A stretch of 64,000 bases of DNA from NCBI RefSeq assembly GCF_000150275.1, contig NW_002060947.1:666695-730694 (forward strand). Direction: 5' to 3'. A program made the translations under genes and the position numbers. Shown one piece after another: positions 1 through 13,700 of this stretch. The notes under the pieces are model-generated. The model was not told the origin of the DNA. It was given only the letters and a program-made list of their open reading frames with translations, and did not search any database. Numbering within the stretch: the first letter of the stretch is position 1; each line of letters starts with the position of its first letter. This stretch comes from Trichoplax adhaerens. Taxonomy: Eukaryota; Animalia; Placozoa.

Positions 1-185
1 AGACCAATCTGTGATAGAAATGCATTCATCAGCTATATCAACAGATTATCATCCGATTTCTTGAAGAACATCACGATGGGAAAATGTATGGAATCGAGCC
101 CAATGAATAAGCAAATTACTCAATCTCTGCAAATGTCGAAGTTCTCCACTATATTAGTGTCTTAACCCTATTGAATACAACTCAC

Positions 186-362
186 CGTGGTCTTGGTAAT
201 CAAGTATACAGCTTCAGAGCTAGCCAAAGTAACGTCATGATCTAGCTTAATAATATTTCTAACACGAGTTTGAGGTAATTTAGTCAATCTTATGCTAGCA
301 TTGGCATTTTCGTTGAGCTGTTTTTCTTCATCGAGAACTTCTTCATTCCCCGCCATGAGCAT
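186..362 (-). CDS. POLE4: DNA polymerase epsilon subunit 4 (histone-fold), first visible coding exon; gene continues past window start
   Basis: Translation RLTKLPQTRVRNIIKLDHDVTLASSEAVYLITKTT matches the POLE4 helix 1-2 pattern (RLSRLPLARVKALVKADPDVTLAGQEAIFILARAA); DVTLA favours POLE4 over CHRAC1. Donor ACG|gtgagt after 186. Start is uncertain (362, 356, or an interrupted upstream ATG at 524). Confidence 0.8.
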
Positions 363-635
363 TTACTTCTGCGCAGTGATGCCCATGGAGCCACCTCCAT
401 TTCCAAGGAGCATCATCGTATACAGACATACGGATGTCGTGGCCAGTTCTGCTCCACTCCTCACTCTGTCTCACTTGCTCTTGCCCCACTTAAAATCTTC
501 ATCTCCGAAATTTTGCTTTTCCATAATTGATACACGATTTGACGATTCTTTTATAACTTCTCTACAATTTTATCGTTATAGAAGGTATAGAATTTGGAAT
601 GATTGCTTACCTACAGTGACTAATATCGCATGGAT

Positions 636-3600
636 ATGGTAAAATTGATTAGGCTCATCCGATATCGGACGATTTCACAACCTTGGAGAAGGCAAGACTT
701 CATCTAATATTTACTTGATGGTTAATAATTGTAATCTTGCACTAAGATCAGCCCTTACATGCTTACTAAATCATGATATAATGATTCAATCTCGATTAGG
801 TACTGTAGTGGTAGTGAAGGTTGGAATTGGGAAGCTAAAGTAGGCTTAGAAGTTCATGCCCAAATTAACACATCATGCAAATTATTTTCATCCTCTCCTG
901 TTCAATTTTATGCTCCTCCCAATACCTTGGTTTCATACGTTGATGCTGCACTTCCTGGAACTTTACCGGTATTAATGACAATTCTCATGTACTATAGCTA
1001 AAACGCATTAAATAGATGTAATTTTTGCTAAATTTTATCCAGCGATATGAACCACTAAATGCTATGGAAGTAGATATACGAGATAAACAACATTAGCTCA
1101 TATTTGTTATCTTTGCAAGATGAGCTCTTAACCGTCTGCATGTACTCAAGCTATATTTCGATGTCTAGGTGCTTAATAGAGAATGTGTCAAAGCTGGAGT
1201 AGCTACGGCTCTTGCTCTTTCCTTTAAAATTAATCGTAGATCTTATTTTGACCGGAAGCACTATTTCTATTGTGACCTACCGGTAAGTAAAGTATTAACC
1301 CAGTTCTTGAATTACCTTGTTGGGAAGCATCCCTTAATGGCGCACTGATTAGTAAAGTTATTATTGCCTAACACAATCAATGTAGCATGAAATAAGGTAG
1401 CATAAAACTAGATTCATCAGTATATTTGTTGTATAGTATATGATGTTGGGTTTTCTTGTTACTGAAATAAATTAAATTGCAAAAACTTGGTGTGAAGTAG
1501 AGAAGCGTTGCCATTCTGGTCTACTATTATCTTACTCGTACACTAGCTAAATTGATGACTACCTGACCAGCTGAAAACTGTTCTATATACTCAATACATA
1601 TAAAAAGAAAAGAACGTAATTAAAAATTGATTATTTTATCCGATGATATAATGCAGTACAGTGCATGGCTACTATATCGATGGCATACCAAGTAATACCC
1701 ACAGATTCTATATTTTTCATAATTATGTACGCGTATGTTCCATTACAACTAGCCAGCCTATGATATCTAAAATATTTCCGTTCTATAAAATAATTTATGT
1801 ATAAAAGGCCGGCTACCAAATCACTCAGCAACGGGTTCCATTAGGAGTAGATGGTGGATTAACTTCTTATGTCGTAAGTCCAAGAAAGGTCAATCATTTA
1901 ATTGATGGCACTTTTATGCCTCGTAAGACTTTATCGGTTCGATTAAAGCAAATTCATCTGGAACAAGATAGTGGTCGTAGTATTTATGATGGTTACGGCC
2001 GTCAGACTCTAGTTGATCTAAATAGAGCAGGTCAGTCCGTATGACATCAAGAAATAGCGTGATGGTGAGTGCAGTATTATAATTGCTCTTCTATCATTTA
2101 TCAGGTATTGGCTTAATGGAAATTGTAACAGAATGCGACTTCGGATGTGGTCAGGAAGCTGTTGGCTTTGTCAAAGAGTTACTTGCAGTTTTACGTAGTA
2201 TAAATACTTGTACTGGCAATTTTGATGGTATGTTAGATTTTATAATACAATTCACAATACGGTAGATATTTTGCTAAACTCTTATAGCCGACGCATCGAT
2301 TCATTGCTACTAGAGGGAGCTATTCGTGTCGATGCAAATGTTTCTATAAATCGATCAGGTGATCCATTTGGTACTCGGACAGAAATTAAAAATATTTCTG
2401 GTTTAAGACTGTTAGGAAAAGCTATAGGTAAAAACACTTGATACTCTGGTTTGATATAAATTTTCGCAGTTTACTTATGTCATTAATTATAATTACTTTA
2501 GATAATGAAATAGAACGTCAGATTAATCATGTAGAATCTGGTGGTAAGATCGTCCACGAAACAAGAGGCTACGATGAAAAATTAGGGTGAAGACAAGCTT
2601 CTTAATTATTGAGGGATAGATAGCATAAATGGAAGGCTACAAGATTTTATAAATTATCATAATGTAGTAACTGGTGCTAGTTAAAATTACAATTAACGCC
2701 ATACGAAATTTGATTGTGATTATTGATTAGGTTAACACTACGCATGAGAGATAAAGAAGGTCACAAAGATTACAGGTCAGTACTGTACGTTAATTGACCA
2801 TGCAATGTACCGTGATAGTGATATAATAAATGTGGATATAAATTTAATCATAGGTATATTCCTGAACCTGATTTACCCCCATTGGTCCTCTTGCATCAGG
2901 AAGATTGTACTGAGTTACCCGATGATGACCCTTGGAAGCCTGTTAATATACATACCGTTTTAAAGTCAATGCCTATATTACCTGCAGAAATTCGCGCTAA
3001 TTTGATGGATTCATATGGTATTATATACGGCATAAGATGTTAATTAATATTCATGAAACCGAACTAATTATACCATTTGGTTATTATTTTTAATCAATAG
3101 GAATATCATTGGAAGAGGCATTTATATTACATGTAACAAAAATTCCCACATTGTATCTGCTATATATTTATAAGAGAAAATTGTGATGTTTAATTGTTGA
3201 AATTATTGCAATTTGATCATAACTATTAGGCGGAAGATGGCATAGAATATTTCGAGACTGTCATGTCAAATTGTAAATATGGAAATATAGCAGCTATTTG
3301 GGCTACAACTGAATTATTAGGAGTATTACGAAGGAAAGCGTTTAACTATAAATCAAGGTATGAATTTTTTTCTTTAATTATTAGCGAGCCTCATACTAAT
3401 ACTATATTTCAACAACTGTTCATAGTCCTATATCCGGAATTGAATTTGGTAAAGTTATAGATATGCTTGGTAATAACACAATATCTACTGCAACTGCAAA
3501 GAAAGTACGTTTGCTAAATTAATGTCTCTAATATTCGAGCCTGCGAACTAAATATCGCATGAAAATTTCTTACTTTTATTTTGTAATTCGTAGTTCAGGT

Positions 3601-4086
3601 TAAATCGCGAATTTAAGTTAGCAATTTTATACCGTTAATGATTATTCTTTAGGTTATTAGGAAGGTAATCTTAGATGAACAGCATGCATCACCGGCGGAG
3701 GTTCGTTTCCAATACTGTCTTTCATTATCTACAGGAGTACAGTAGGATAAAGCTAATGCTTAAAAATTTATTTAACGAATTATGGTCTTATTAGATTATT
3801 TATCGCGAGAATTTAACACAAATAAATGATGTTGAAGAACTTTCAAGATTGTGCGATGAAGTTCTGAGTACTTCCTCCGCTAAAGTATGTATTGTTTTGT
3901 GACTTTGGGAACGGCCAGATACCTAATATTACACTTATGTTGTGTACTTTGTAGGCTCTTCTCGCCAATAAAACTAAGAAAAGCCCTATCGGACAGTTAA
4001 TTGGACAAATACTAAATCAAACTAAGGGACGTGCTAATCCTGTACTTTTAAATAAAATCATGACGGAAAAAGTAGCCAATCGATAG
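636..4086 (+). CDS. GATB: Mitochondrial glutamyl-tRNA(Gln) amidotransferase subunit B (PET112), 15 exons: 636-691, 800-968, 1169-1282, 1808-2030, 2105-2227, 2314-2427, 2502-2586, 2731-2775, 2854-3017, 3101-3132, 3230-3357, 3426-3504, 3653-3700, 3795-3884, 3955-4086
   Basis: Phase-consistent splicing gives the GatB motifs [95 protein letters not shown] and C-terminal [13 protein letters not shown], with TAG at 4084-4086. Exon 1 encodes an Arg-rich presequence, [22 protein letters not shown]. Confidence 0.95.
692..799 (+). other. GC-AG intron (GATB intron 1)
   Basis: AG|GCAAGA donor. Splicing to ag|G at 800 joins the presequence in frame (PWRR-YCSG); there is no suitable GT donor in this frame before the TAA. 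Confidence 0.7.
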
Positions 4087-4748
4087 TCTATCATAATGAA
4101 ATTAACTTGTAATCTAAAACAGAATTATGATATTCACTATTAGTTAAAAGTTTCAGGCTGATAATATTAATATACTCGGTAACCTTTACCGTCAAAAATG
4201 ATGACAAATTATTAACAATTTCATTGTTTCATTCGAATTTCGCAGAAAATTGTATTGAACACAACTAGTAATTTACAGTCAGTCGCTTTCTTTTCACAAT
4301 CTCGACAAGCGAGTAGCCTTTTTGCTAGTAAAGTGAGAAAAAGATATTTAAGTACTAGAAATTTTTCATCCACCTCATAATATATACATTTTTCTTTCTT
4401 GCTTGTTACGAAATGCAAATAGTCCAACGATGTCAAATAGCTAAGTACAGGAATAATATTTACAATATCGTTGCATTTGAAAAATTTGTGCGGTTGCGGA
4501 ACTTATAAATAAATTTACTTTTCATCGTAAAATCAGTTATTGCTATTGCAATGTATTGTCAAACAGCTATGAAACATAAAACTGTCTCCAGCTTGCGGGC
4601 TTATATGTAAATGCCATAACTTACGTAAAAGTAGACTGCTGTTTACATAAAATACATAATCTAAATTGATTTTAAGGCTAAAGTTTCAATAAATGAATTT
4701 TTTGGTAATATAAGGATCTTAAAAGCCTACTGCACAAATTAAAATCAG

Positions 4749-7700
4749 TTATTTACTATCAGTATGGCGAGAGGCAAAAATTTTAGCAATACGCTTCGTT
4801 TCCCTAGCAGATAAGTTAAAGCGCACATCGTTGTGCTCCATGACACGTTTGACCAATGGAGTCGATTGAGACATTTCCGATACATCTGAATTCGATTTTT
4901 CCTCTTCTAGCTTCTGCCGAATAATTGCTCTTTTATGCTCAGCCATTTTATGTCGCATTTCTGAATCTTGATCTAATTTCTCTTGGAGTACATGGAGAGA
5001 CTGCTGAAAGACTGCAGGTGACATGAAAAAACTAAGTTCTTGTTTCGTTGCAGCATAGTCAAGACCAGCTTGATTCTCTTTATTATCCTTCCGACTACCT
5101 GATTTGGTGCTTTCTCTAGCTGTATCTGAACGCCTCCTTTCAATTACAGTTACGCCACGATCATTCGACTCGTATTCCATAGTGGATGATATTTTGGTAT
5201 TACTGGTTTCAATCGAGTAACTCCGATTAACGAGTGCATTATCTTTTTCTTGATTACTTTCGGTGCGTCTTACTGACGTATCGAAGAAACTTGCGTTCTG
5301 TCTCAGTTCGCGAAGACTTGAAATTGATTCTATCACTTTGTCATTACCTTCTATACCAGCGCAATCTACGGTAGTATTCGTACCCTCAGCCCTACTTATG
5401 ACTTTGGGAATATTTGCGTTATATCGGAGATCAAATACGTTGGTATTATCGTAAATGTCTGGATTACTTTCATTCCAAATTTCAGTTTCTACATTTGTTT
5501 CATTTTCGCTAGGGGGCACAGACACGTTACGAAGATTTTCTTCAGAATTTCGGTCACATTTTGTATTACTATCATTCTTCGAACTTTGATCATTGTTAAG
5601 TCTATCATATATACTTTTTTGATCTGCTTTAGTTAATTCTCCTTCGGAACTGTAAGCATCAGGTTCAAGATTATATTTCAATACCTCAGATACATCAGTT
5701 AAATTTATATCTTTATCAGTTACGGAAGAGACAAGTGCATTACTTTGGCTTTCTGTAGCTGATGCTACGGCTACACTGCGACCATTATTATCAATTGTAT
5801 CTTCGACTAAAGAGCTACTTTTGTTAGATTCTGCGAGAAAGTCATCAGCGTGTTTACTTTGCTCTATAAAAACCGGAAGCCCATGCTGATCGAAAGAACT
5901 TTCCTCAATAACTGAAATAATTTTATTATGTTCTGATACTATATCATGTTGATGTTCATGAATGCCATCAGTTGAAATCGATTCAGTTTGGCAAGAATTT
6001 ACCTCAAAATTCTCGTGAAGTGGGTTTACACCACCTTTCAAATCAGAATTAGAGCCAGAAGACCTTCGGTTCGTTGATATCCCATCAGTAATATAATTAG
6101 GTACAATTGCAGTCAAGTCCAAGTCAGTAACACTACAGTCACTTATTTCTTCATTTAAATAGTCATCTCCATCCTGACTTCTACAGTCATCCGTTATTTC
6201 TTCAATGAGTAATTTCCGATTACCAAGATCAACCTTCGCGCTGGTAAATTGATCGTTTGCAGGGCTTACGGAATCCTTGTTATTTAGAATAAATTGTTTT
6301 GCATCGTTATCGATAGGCCGCCCAACATTTTGATTTCTTGGCTTCTCATTTCGAACTGACGCAATACCATTTAACTTACTATCAATTGTAGAGTTATCGC
6401 TAGAGCCAAAATCATAATAATACGGACCAAGACTTTCTTTACTACTATATTTCTTAGAGGTTCTTCTACCGTCGCTAGAATGAAGACTTTCAGTAGTTCT
6501 CCTTTCCTGTTCGTCTTCCGCTATAGCAACTGTTTGTTGGTCCTGACGAAAATTTATTGTTTCAACGTTTCCTCTGGTATTGACTTGGCCATTATCACTG
6601 TTTGAAATAAGTGCAGGCATACTATCTGTATTATCTGGATCTGAATTTGGGGGGTAACTAGATTTATCGGAAGTTGAGTCAATCTGCTGTCTATGACCTA
6701 CTTTAAATAAGTTGTTAAGGGTATTGCGCACTTCATTGTTATTGATATAATGATGAATATTCTCAATTGTAGCAGAGTTTCGAATTTGATCTCCACGCAA
6801 TAATTTGTTAATTGTCGTTTCTAGATCACCCATAGTTTTTTTGACATAGTCCCACGATTGTATACTTGTCGTTGTAACGGTACTGCTAGTACTGTAAGTC
6901 TCGGACACAAGGTAATTATCTACAGTCATAGATGATGCTATTTTACCATCATCGTAATACTTTTTGCTACCATCAAAAAATCTACGACTAAGCTGCTTCA
7001 TTGCTTCGCGCGGTAAGGCCGATAAATTAGGATTTACGTCGACTTTTATTTGACCAACAGATTGCTGTCGGACATTTAATATGTGATACCAACCATTAAT
7101 CCTTAGGAATCCAAAGCGCAGTCCAGATAAGTCAATATTTGCTGTTCCAATCTTAGAGCCAATTTGCCTTTTTTTACCTTTCATTACTACATCACACGCG
7201 TATATATCAATATTTAGTGTATGATTTATAATCTCATTAAGATCACACGATATTTTGTGAACAGAATTCCAATTAACCGCTTGACTGACTGGAATAACTG
7301 AAGACTTAAGGAGATTCGTACTACCAGGCACAGTAAAAGATACGTAGATCGACTGATCTGGTGATTGCAAATTCAGATGAACCGCTTCTTCTATCGTTAC
7401 TTCTAAGTCATAGTCAAATTTACCATTTATTACTGGATTGCTGTCGTCCGATATTGATGAGATAGAAACAGTTTCATCTGCGTTGGTAATTATATCAGTT
7501 TCTGAATGAAGAGGTCGATCTATTTCGTTGTCCGATTCTAGTAATTTTAAAGGATTAGACTTATGCTCAGTGTGACTTATAACAACATTTCCTCGAATAA
7601 AAGAACCACACATATCGGATGTATCTGGTTTCAAAAGCCACCAATGGACATGGCTAGAGTGTAGAGAGTTATCGTCATCCAGTGGGTAATCAAGATAACT

Positions 7701-10700
7701 TGATCCTAACCATTGACTCTTTGTGCCAGTATCAACCCATAACTGAACTTCTAATACTTCTTCCATTAAATACCATTTCAGTGACGGCGATAACTGACAC
7801 CGAAATTTTCTTTCATTTTCAAATTCAAAAATCATAAATGGTGTACCATTTCTGTCAACATGTTGGCGCCAAGACAATGCCGGCGTAGTTACTGCTGGTT
7901 CTTTATAAAATTTATATCTAGCATAGCACCGAAATTTTGAGCTATTGTGCTTAAATTTTATCAATGAAATGGGTATCCAAGCATTCATAATATTAACAGT
8001 AATAAATCTAAACTTGCTTCCTTTTCCATTATCCATGACAGAAGAAATAGACGTAAAATCAACTTCAGTAAATCGTGTTGGATACCAACCCATCCCTTTG
8101 GCTGTCATTATTACTTTATCATGATAACTTACATCGATAAATGTGGCTTTTACCTCCAGTCCTCCCAATACAGATCTCTGGCTGCTATCAGCAAATTGTT
8201 TAGCAGTTAGATCTTGTTTTGCATCTGCTGCATCAATTTCACTTCTACTAGCCCAAACTGGAAACCAACCCGTAATTCCTTTCGACGTTGATATTAATTT
8301 AATGAGAGGCACTGCAACATAGCCCAAACGAATATCATCTAAGGTTTCATCTTTTAATTTATCAGGCAAGATGACTTCATAAGCCGATTTCGGTCGTCTA
8401 TGCCATAATTCAATCAAAATTTCAGAAGTCTCTAATAATTCAGCTAAACTGATATTTCTGCCTTCATTGAAGTGATAGGCTACGGGTAACGTAAAATCCA
8501 CCTGACATGAAAAATTGGGGGCGAAACTATTAGCAACTGTTCTTGTCCGCCTTTTTTTCTAAAGAAACAATACAGCGAATACAACAATTAGCTTATTACA
8601 AACATTAATATATTGAGCGGGATACAGAAAATAACCTTTTCATCAAGAAACGATAACGATATTGTTGCATAGCTGCTAACACCAAGGGTGACAACATTCT
8701 TTATATCTGGATGTTGTTCAGAGATATATCTCGCAGCAGCCTGTGTATTTATAACCATGGGTAAATTTGCTTGACTATTCCGCAATTTAGAATTGTTATT
8801 TATAGCTGTTAATACTGATTCAAAAATAAGTACCTTTAGGCCTGTAGCTCTTCCTAACTCCAAAGATATCGCGACAAGTGAAGAATTGTTGAGATCTGGT
8901 GTGATATTCTTCTACAATAACGATAAAAAATTTCGTAAACACGATCGCAGTGTGTTCGTAAAATAAGTCATTAGCAACTCAGTACATAAAGAATACCTCT
9001 TTAACGATCACAACTAATATTTTTATTAAGCATCAGTATCTAAGACTTAATGCCGCTATCAGGATATAAACTAATCCTGCCACCTGTATCTTACCTTAAC
9101 TGGTTTGCATATATATCTCATACTTATGTCAACATAGCCTGCAGTGCTTTGCTAAAAAAATTATATTATGACGTCAAGCTACGCGCAGTACGAAGTTGCG
9201 TAATTTCAATACATTATTAGTTATTAGCACTTCAGCTTACTTCAGCATCAATATCTGGTTGTAAAGGCAAAGAGAGCTTTAATATTTCTCCATCATTATA
9301 CTGACGTCCCATAATGGCCATAGCATTTACCTTAGCTAAAGGTAGTTTTGCCTTTATTTTGAGAAGGAATTATTACATAAGATGGCTTGAATTCGTAACA
9401 ATATAGCTAAGAATGTAAAATATTTCACAGCTAATGATGATTGCTGTACGTACCTTTGCAACAAGCTGGTCACGAACATTAGGATAATAAAATCTCCTCC
9501 ATAATTCGAAAGCAACTGTAGCACCATCATCTTTATAGGGTGAACCAAAAGCCTTCATCAGTTGCTTTTGAAGAGGTATACTCTCTGGTAGCATATAATT
9601 ATGTTTAACAAGATGTTGAAAGGATGCATTGGGCACATATAAAGTAGTTGGGGAACGATGCGTTGTAAGTGTTAATGGTCCTATCGAAAATAATAGTAGT
9701 GTACATCAATTGCTAAGTAGGCACATCACTATAAGGTGTATATCGTATATGACTATCGTTTAATACCATATGAACCGAGTTGGACGTCTTGATTAGGAAA
9801 ATGGTATTGAATGAAGCAATCTGTTTCTCCCCATAGGGTGTCATTCATGACAGAACCGTGAATTCTTTCAATAATGACTTCGAATTCGTGATTTAAGTAA
9901 TCTACAAAGAATAAATGCAAATTGATATAGCACATAATTTCGGAACAGTTTAGTGAATTAAATTTATATAATTAGTACAGGTTTATTCGCAGACAGCTAA
10001 TAAAAACTAGACAGCAGTTCAACTTAATTAGACCTTCATCGCTCCCAATCATTTGTTGAACATTTTTAGGATCAGTTATAAATGAACCCATATTGATACT
10101 AAATAGATAAAGATATACATTTAGTAACACTACACGTTTGATATATGAACGAAACAATACTGTTGCGAAAAATGCCAAAATTACTCAATAAAGTCATAAA
10201 TATATTACGTACTTATTACTGATGGTAGAACGAATAGTTGGAATATCGCGTCTACGAGATGGATGTTGGTTCTGATGACGGCCAACTTGCAGAGATTCAA
10301 TCTGTACAAAATCGAAACTTTAACTACAGTTATACACAGTTTACACAATATAAGGGACAAAACCCTTTCATGAATGATTTATTGGGAAAATTAAAGTAAT
10401 TCCTTTCTAATGAATGCAAGAAGATTGACCAGCAACTACAAAGCTAACTGCTGCACAGTAAATAATAAAAAAAAACATTTTTAAACCTGAGCTGCGGTCC
10501 CGAAAGCGACCAAGACCATGATGCAACCACATTGTTTGCCGGTAAAGGGACTAACTACCATAGAATCTTCATTACATACTATGATTGGATGCTATCAAAG
10601 TAATCAATACCGGAAATAGTGTTACGATTGCATCTGAGTTTTATAAGATTTAATACTTTCAAAATACCTTCGATTTCAGTAAAATGTTTGTTGTTTTCGG

Positions 10701-13700
10701 ATCAATTATTGACTGTCGAATGCAATCCAAGGGAATTTTGACTATGCCAAGCAACTATAAATTTGTCATGCGAAAAATGTATACATTACTTTCGAAAAAC
10801 AGTGCTATAATAACTGTTGTAAGACCACTATAAGGCATACATTATCTTCCTGTCTACCACGCTCTTTCTCCCAAACTTCCACAAACAAAAAATTATCTTG
10901 AAAGGTCTCTACTGAAGTTCTAGTAATTGTAAACGGGAATACCTATATATTAATAAAGGAGAAAAGCAAACATTAATCAATTAGTTCATTTAAATACCCT
11001 AGACTATCGTAAATAAAAATATTTAAATACAACAGACATGTTGCAGGTCGTAACGTGGTGTTAAAGTCGACCAAAGGATATTTGATTCAGCACAGCTTTC
11101 AGCAGATAATACTGAATTAATCTTTACGTAAGTCGACGGCTTTTCCGCTCTGCTAGTCTTGTTGATATCATTAGCATCAGCTGACAAATACGGTAACGTA
11201 ATTTTGCCGTGTCGAACATTAACGTACATTTGCAAAGTCAACGTCTAACCATAAAATAATATCAACAGTTACATGACAGATTAGATTTCCTAGAGTTAAA
11301 TCACCTTATAAGAGTGAATAAATTATAAGTTACAAATAGATGTTTCTAAGACAGCAAAGTAAAATTGATCATTAGCAACTCAATCGCTAACCTCATTGCC
11401 TTGAAAAGGGGTCCCTATAAATTTAAAATAAAGTTAATCCTAATAGATTATTTAAGCTAGTATGTAACAAGGTTTCCTATTAAGCCAATATACTTACTAA
11501 TAGGAGCACGAGTAGGATTTTTCCCATCCTTTATCTCATTCGTTGTCAATTTTGGTGCTTGCTTTGTAGACAATGGATCATTGTTCCGATTACTTTCAGA
11601 AGATGAAAGTTCTGGAGATCGGGTTACATCTGGATAAACCTTTACAAATTTAGCTCTTTTCGGCAATATGGGTTTGGTAGTATCTGTTTTAAGTGCGACC
11701 TGGACCTTATTGAAGTAACGATATACCATATTAATTAAATGATAAATCAATTGACTAAAAGGAAGAAATTGATAAGCTTCAAGAGAACTAAAATCAGAGT
11801 ATACAAATACCTCAAGACTACCAAGACTAGGAAGTTTGGTTTTATCAAGTTTATGTACATCATCGACCGTTTCCATAAAAACTGGAAGTGAAGCTTGCAA
11901 TGACATGTCTTTAGAAGTTAAGATAGAATCTAATTTAACTTCTGATAAAGCCACCAAAACAGGCTGAAAAATGAGTTGTCGACAGCGAAGTACAATTAGA
12001 TCTCAAGTCTGTACAGATACAATTCAATTGACAATTTATGAAGCTATACTTAATTACTACCTCCGATTCTTGCGGGAGTAAAACAAATATTTTAAATTGC
12101 AGAGCTGAGACTTGCCAATGCTTTAATAGTGAGTCGTTGAAATGAAGAGGAAATGTAGATACATGAGCAAAAGCCACCTCTGTGAAACAAATTCTCGTCA
12201 TTTTCGTTCGGGAAGCATACAAAGAAATTATATACAATATCTGTATTAGTGTTTACTTAAAAATACCTCCTTCTTTGACATTCTTCGAAGCAGACCGTTC
12301 CAATTCACCGATTATTGTGTCATCGGCTTTATTAATAGTCGTAACAGGAAATTGATATTCAATAAAAAATTGTCTAATTGCAAACATAAAGTGTAGAAAC
12401 AAAAGTAATCGAAGTTAATATACTTACATCGGCTAAGTAAGTAATTCTTAATTAGCATTATAAATAAGTGAATCTATATTATAGTGGGCATTGACATCTG
12501 TCTTGAGCACAAATTCCAACATACAGTACCTATGATTAATTACGCCAGTCGTGGATAAAAAATTTTTGTCTAAAATGAGCTTTTGTATTACTACCCTAGC
12601 GGAAGTAACATCAGCCACGTTATGATACTTTGTTGCGTTTATGGTTATGTCATCCTGTATTTTGACAGTATTAGAGTCTGTAAATAGAAAGGAACAATGA
12701 TTTTTGGAAATTTAGTTATTTCATAATAATAACCATTCGAGACTAAACTAAACTGAAAAACTTTAGCAGTTACCTGTTTCAACTAGAGAATCTACACTTT
12801 CAGTTCTCTGCAGTTTTACGTCCATTCCTTCCAGAGTTATATCTTCATTCTTATCATCTCGCTACCAGACCATAAAATCAGTCGTACAATTTGCTTAACA
12901 ACATCATAATATAGTACATCATAAAACGCTTAACCACTCACTTGCGCTTCAATTTGTAATCCGCTATTGGTATTATCAGGGTTCTCGTCCGATAATAACG
13001 AAAGAGACGATAAACTACCAGAATCCTGCTAAATCATCGCAAAATTAAAGATGTTACTAATTTCACATTTACACGATCTAATTAGTCACAAAACCCTCAG
13101 CTATCGTACCTCATCATTATAATAGAATAACGAATGCAATACTTCGTTATCGCGTACAGGATCGCTTAAATCACTTAAACTTTGATTGTCCATGCCATCT
13201 TCTGAATCAGTAATAGATTCGAGTTTTAGATCTTCCGCATTGATCACGTTATTTCCGGTAACAAATTTTAATAAAGTAGCTTCATCATTTTCTTGGTTAG
13301 ACGATTTAAATTCTCTTCTATTTCCAGAGTGCAGTAAAGTTTCTAAATGATTGCTAGGTTTTACTGCATAGCTAAAGTTATAAAAATAGTAATAATAACG
13401 TAACAAAAAGACGAAGATAAATTTAAATTTTTTTCAACACAGAAAATAGAATTGTTTTTAATATTAATTATTTTATACAACATTGAATATTATAATTACA
13501 TATTCGGATCATTATCTTGGACTCGGTCTTTTGATCTTGTTGAATTATCATAGCTGCTGTCAGCTATTTTATCAGTTAGTTCTTTGCTGTAGTCGCCTAA
13601 TAATTCAATATCATTCGCAATGGATGTAATCATTTTCTTCCGCAATTCAGTTCCACGGTGCAATAAAGATTCCAAAATATCGGTTTCGACTATATTCATT

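Noticed and set aside
374-418. SECIS-like stem (ATGA..AAA..mini-stem) that might recode the in-frame TGA upstream of POLE4
   Set aside because: The 3' arm pairs Watson-Crick (TCA) instead of forming the GA quartet, the stem is not in a 3' UTR, and a TAA also blocks the frame.
292-642. 116-aa plus-strand ORF as a gene or as GATB exon 1
   Set aside because: It has no recognisable homology and is antisense to POLE4. A better GATB exon 1 with a presequence starts at 636.
4221-4436. Short ORFs such as 1631-1831, 4221-4436, 5263-5454, 14516-14735, 16437-16625, 49033-49272, 52778-52972, 54299-54490, 60848-61090 and 62754-62948
   Set aside because: They are intronic, UTR or antisense shadows of real exons, with no recognisable domains.
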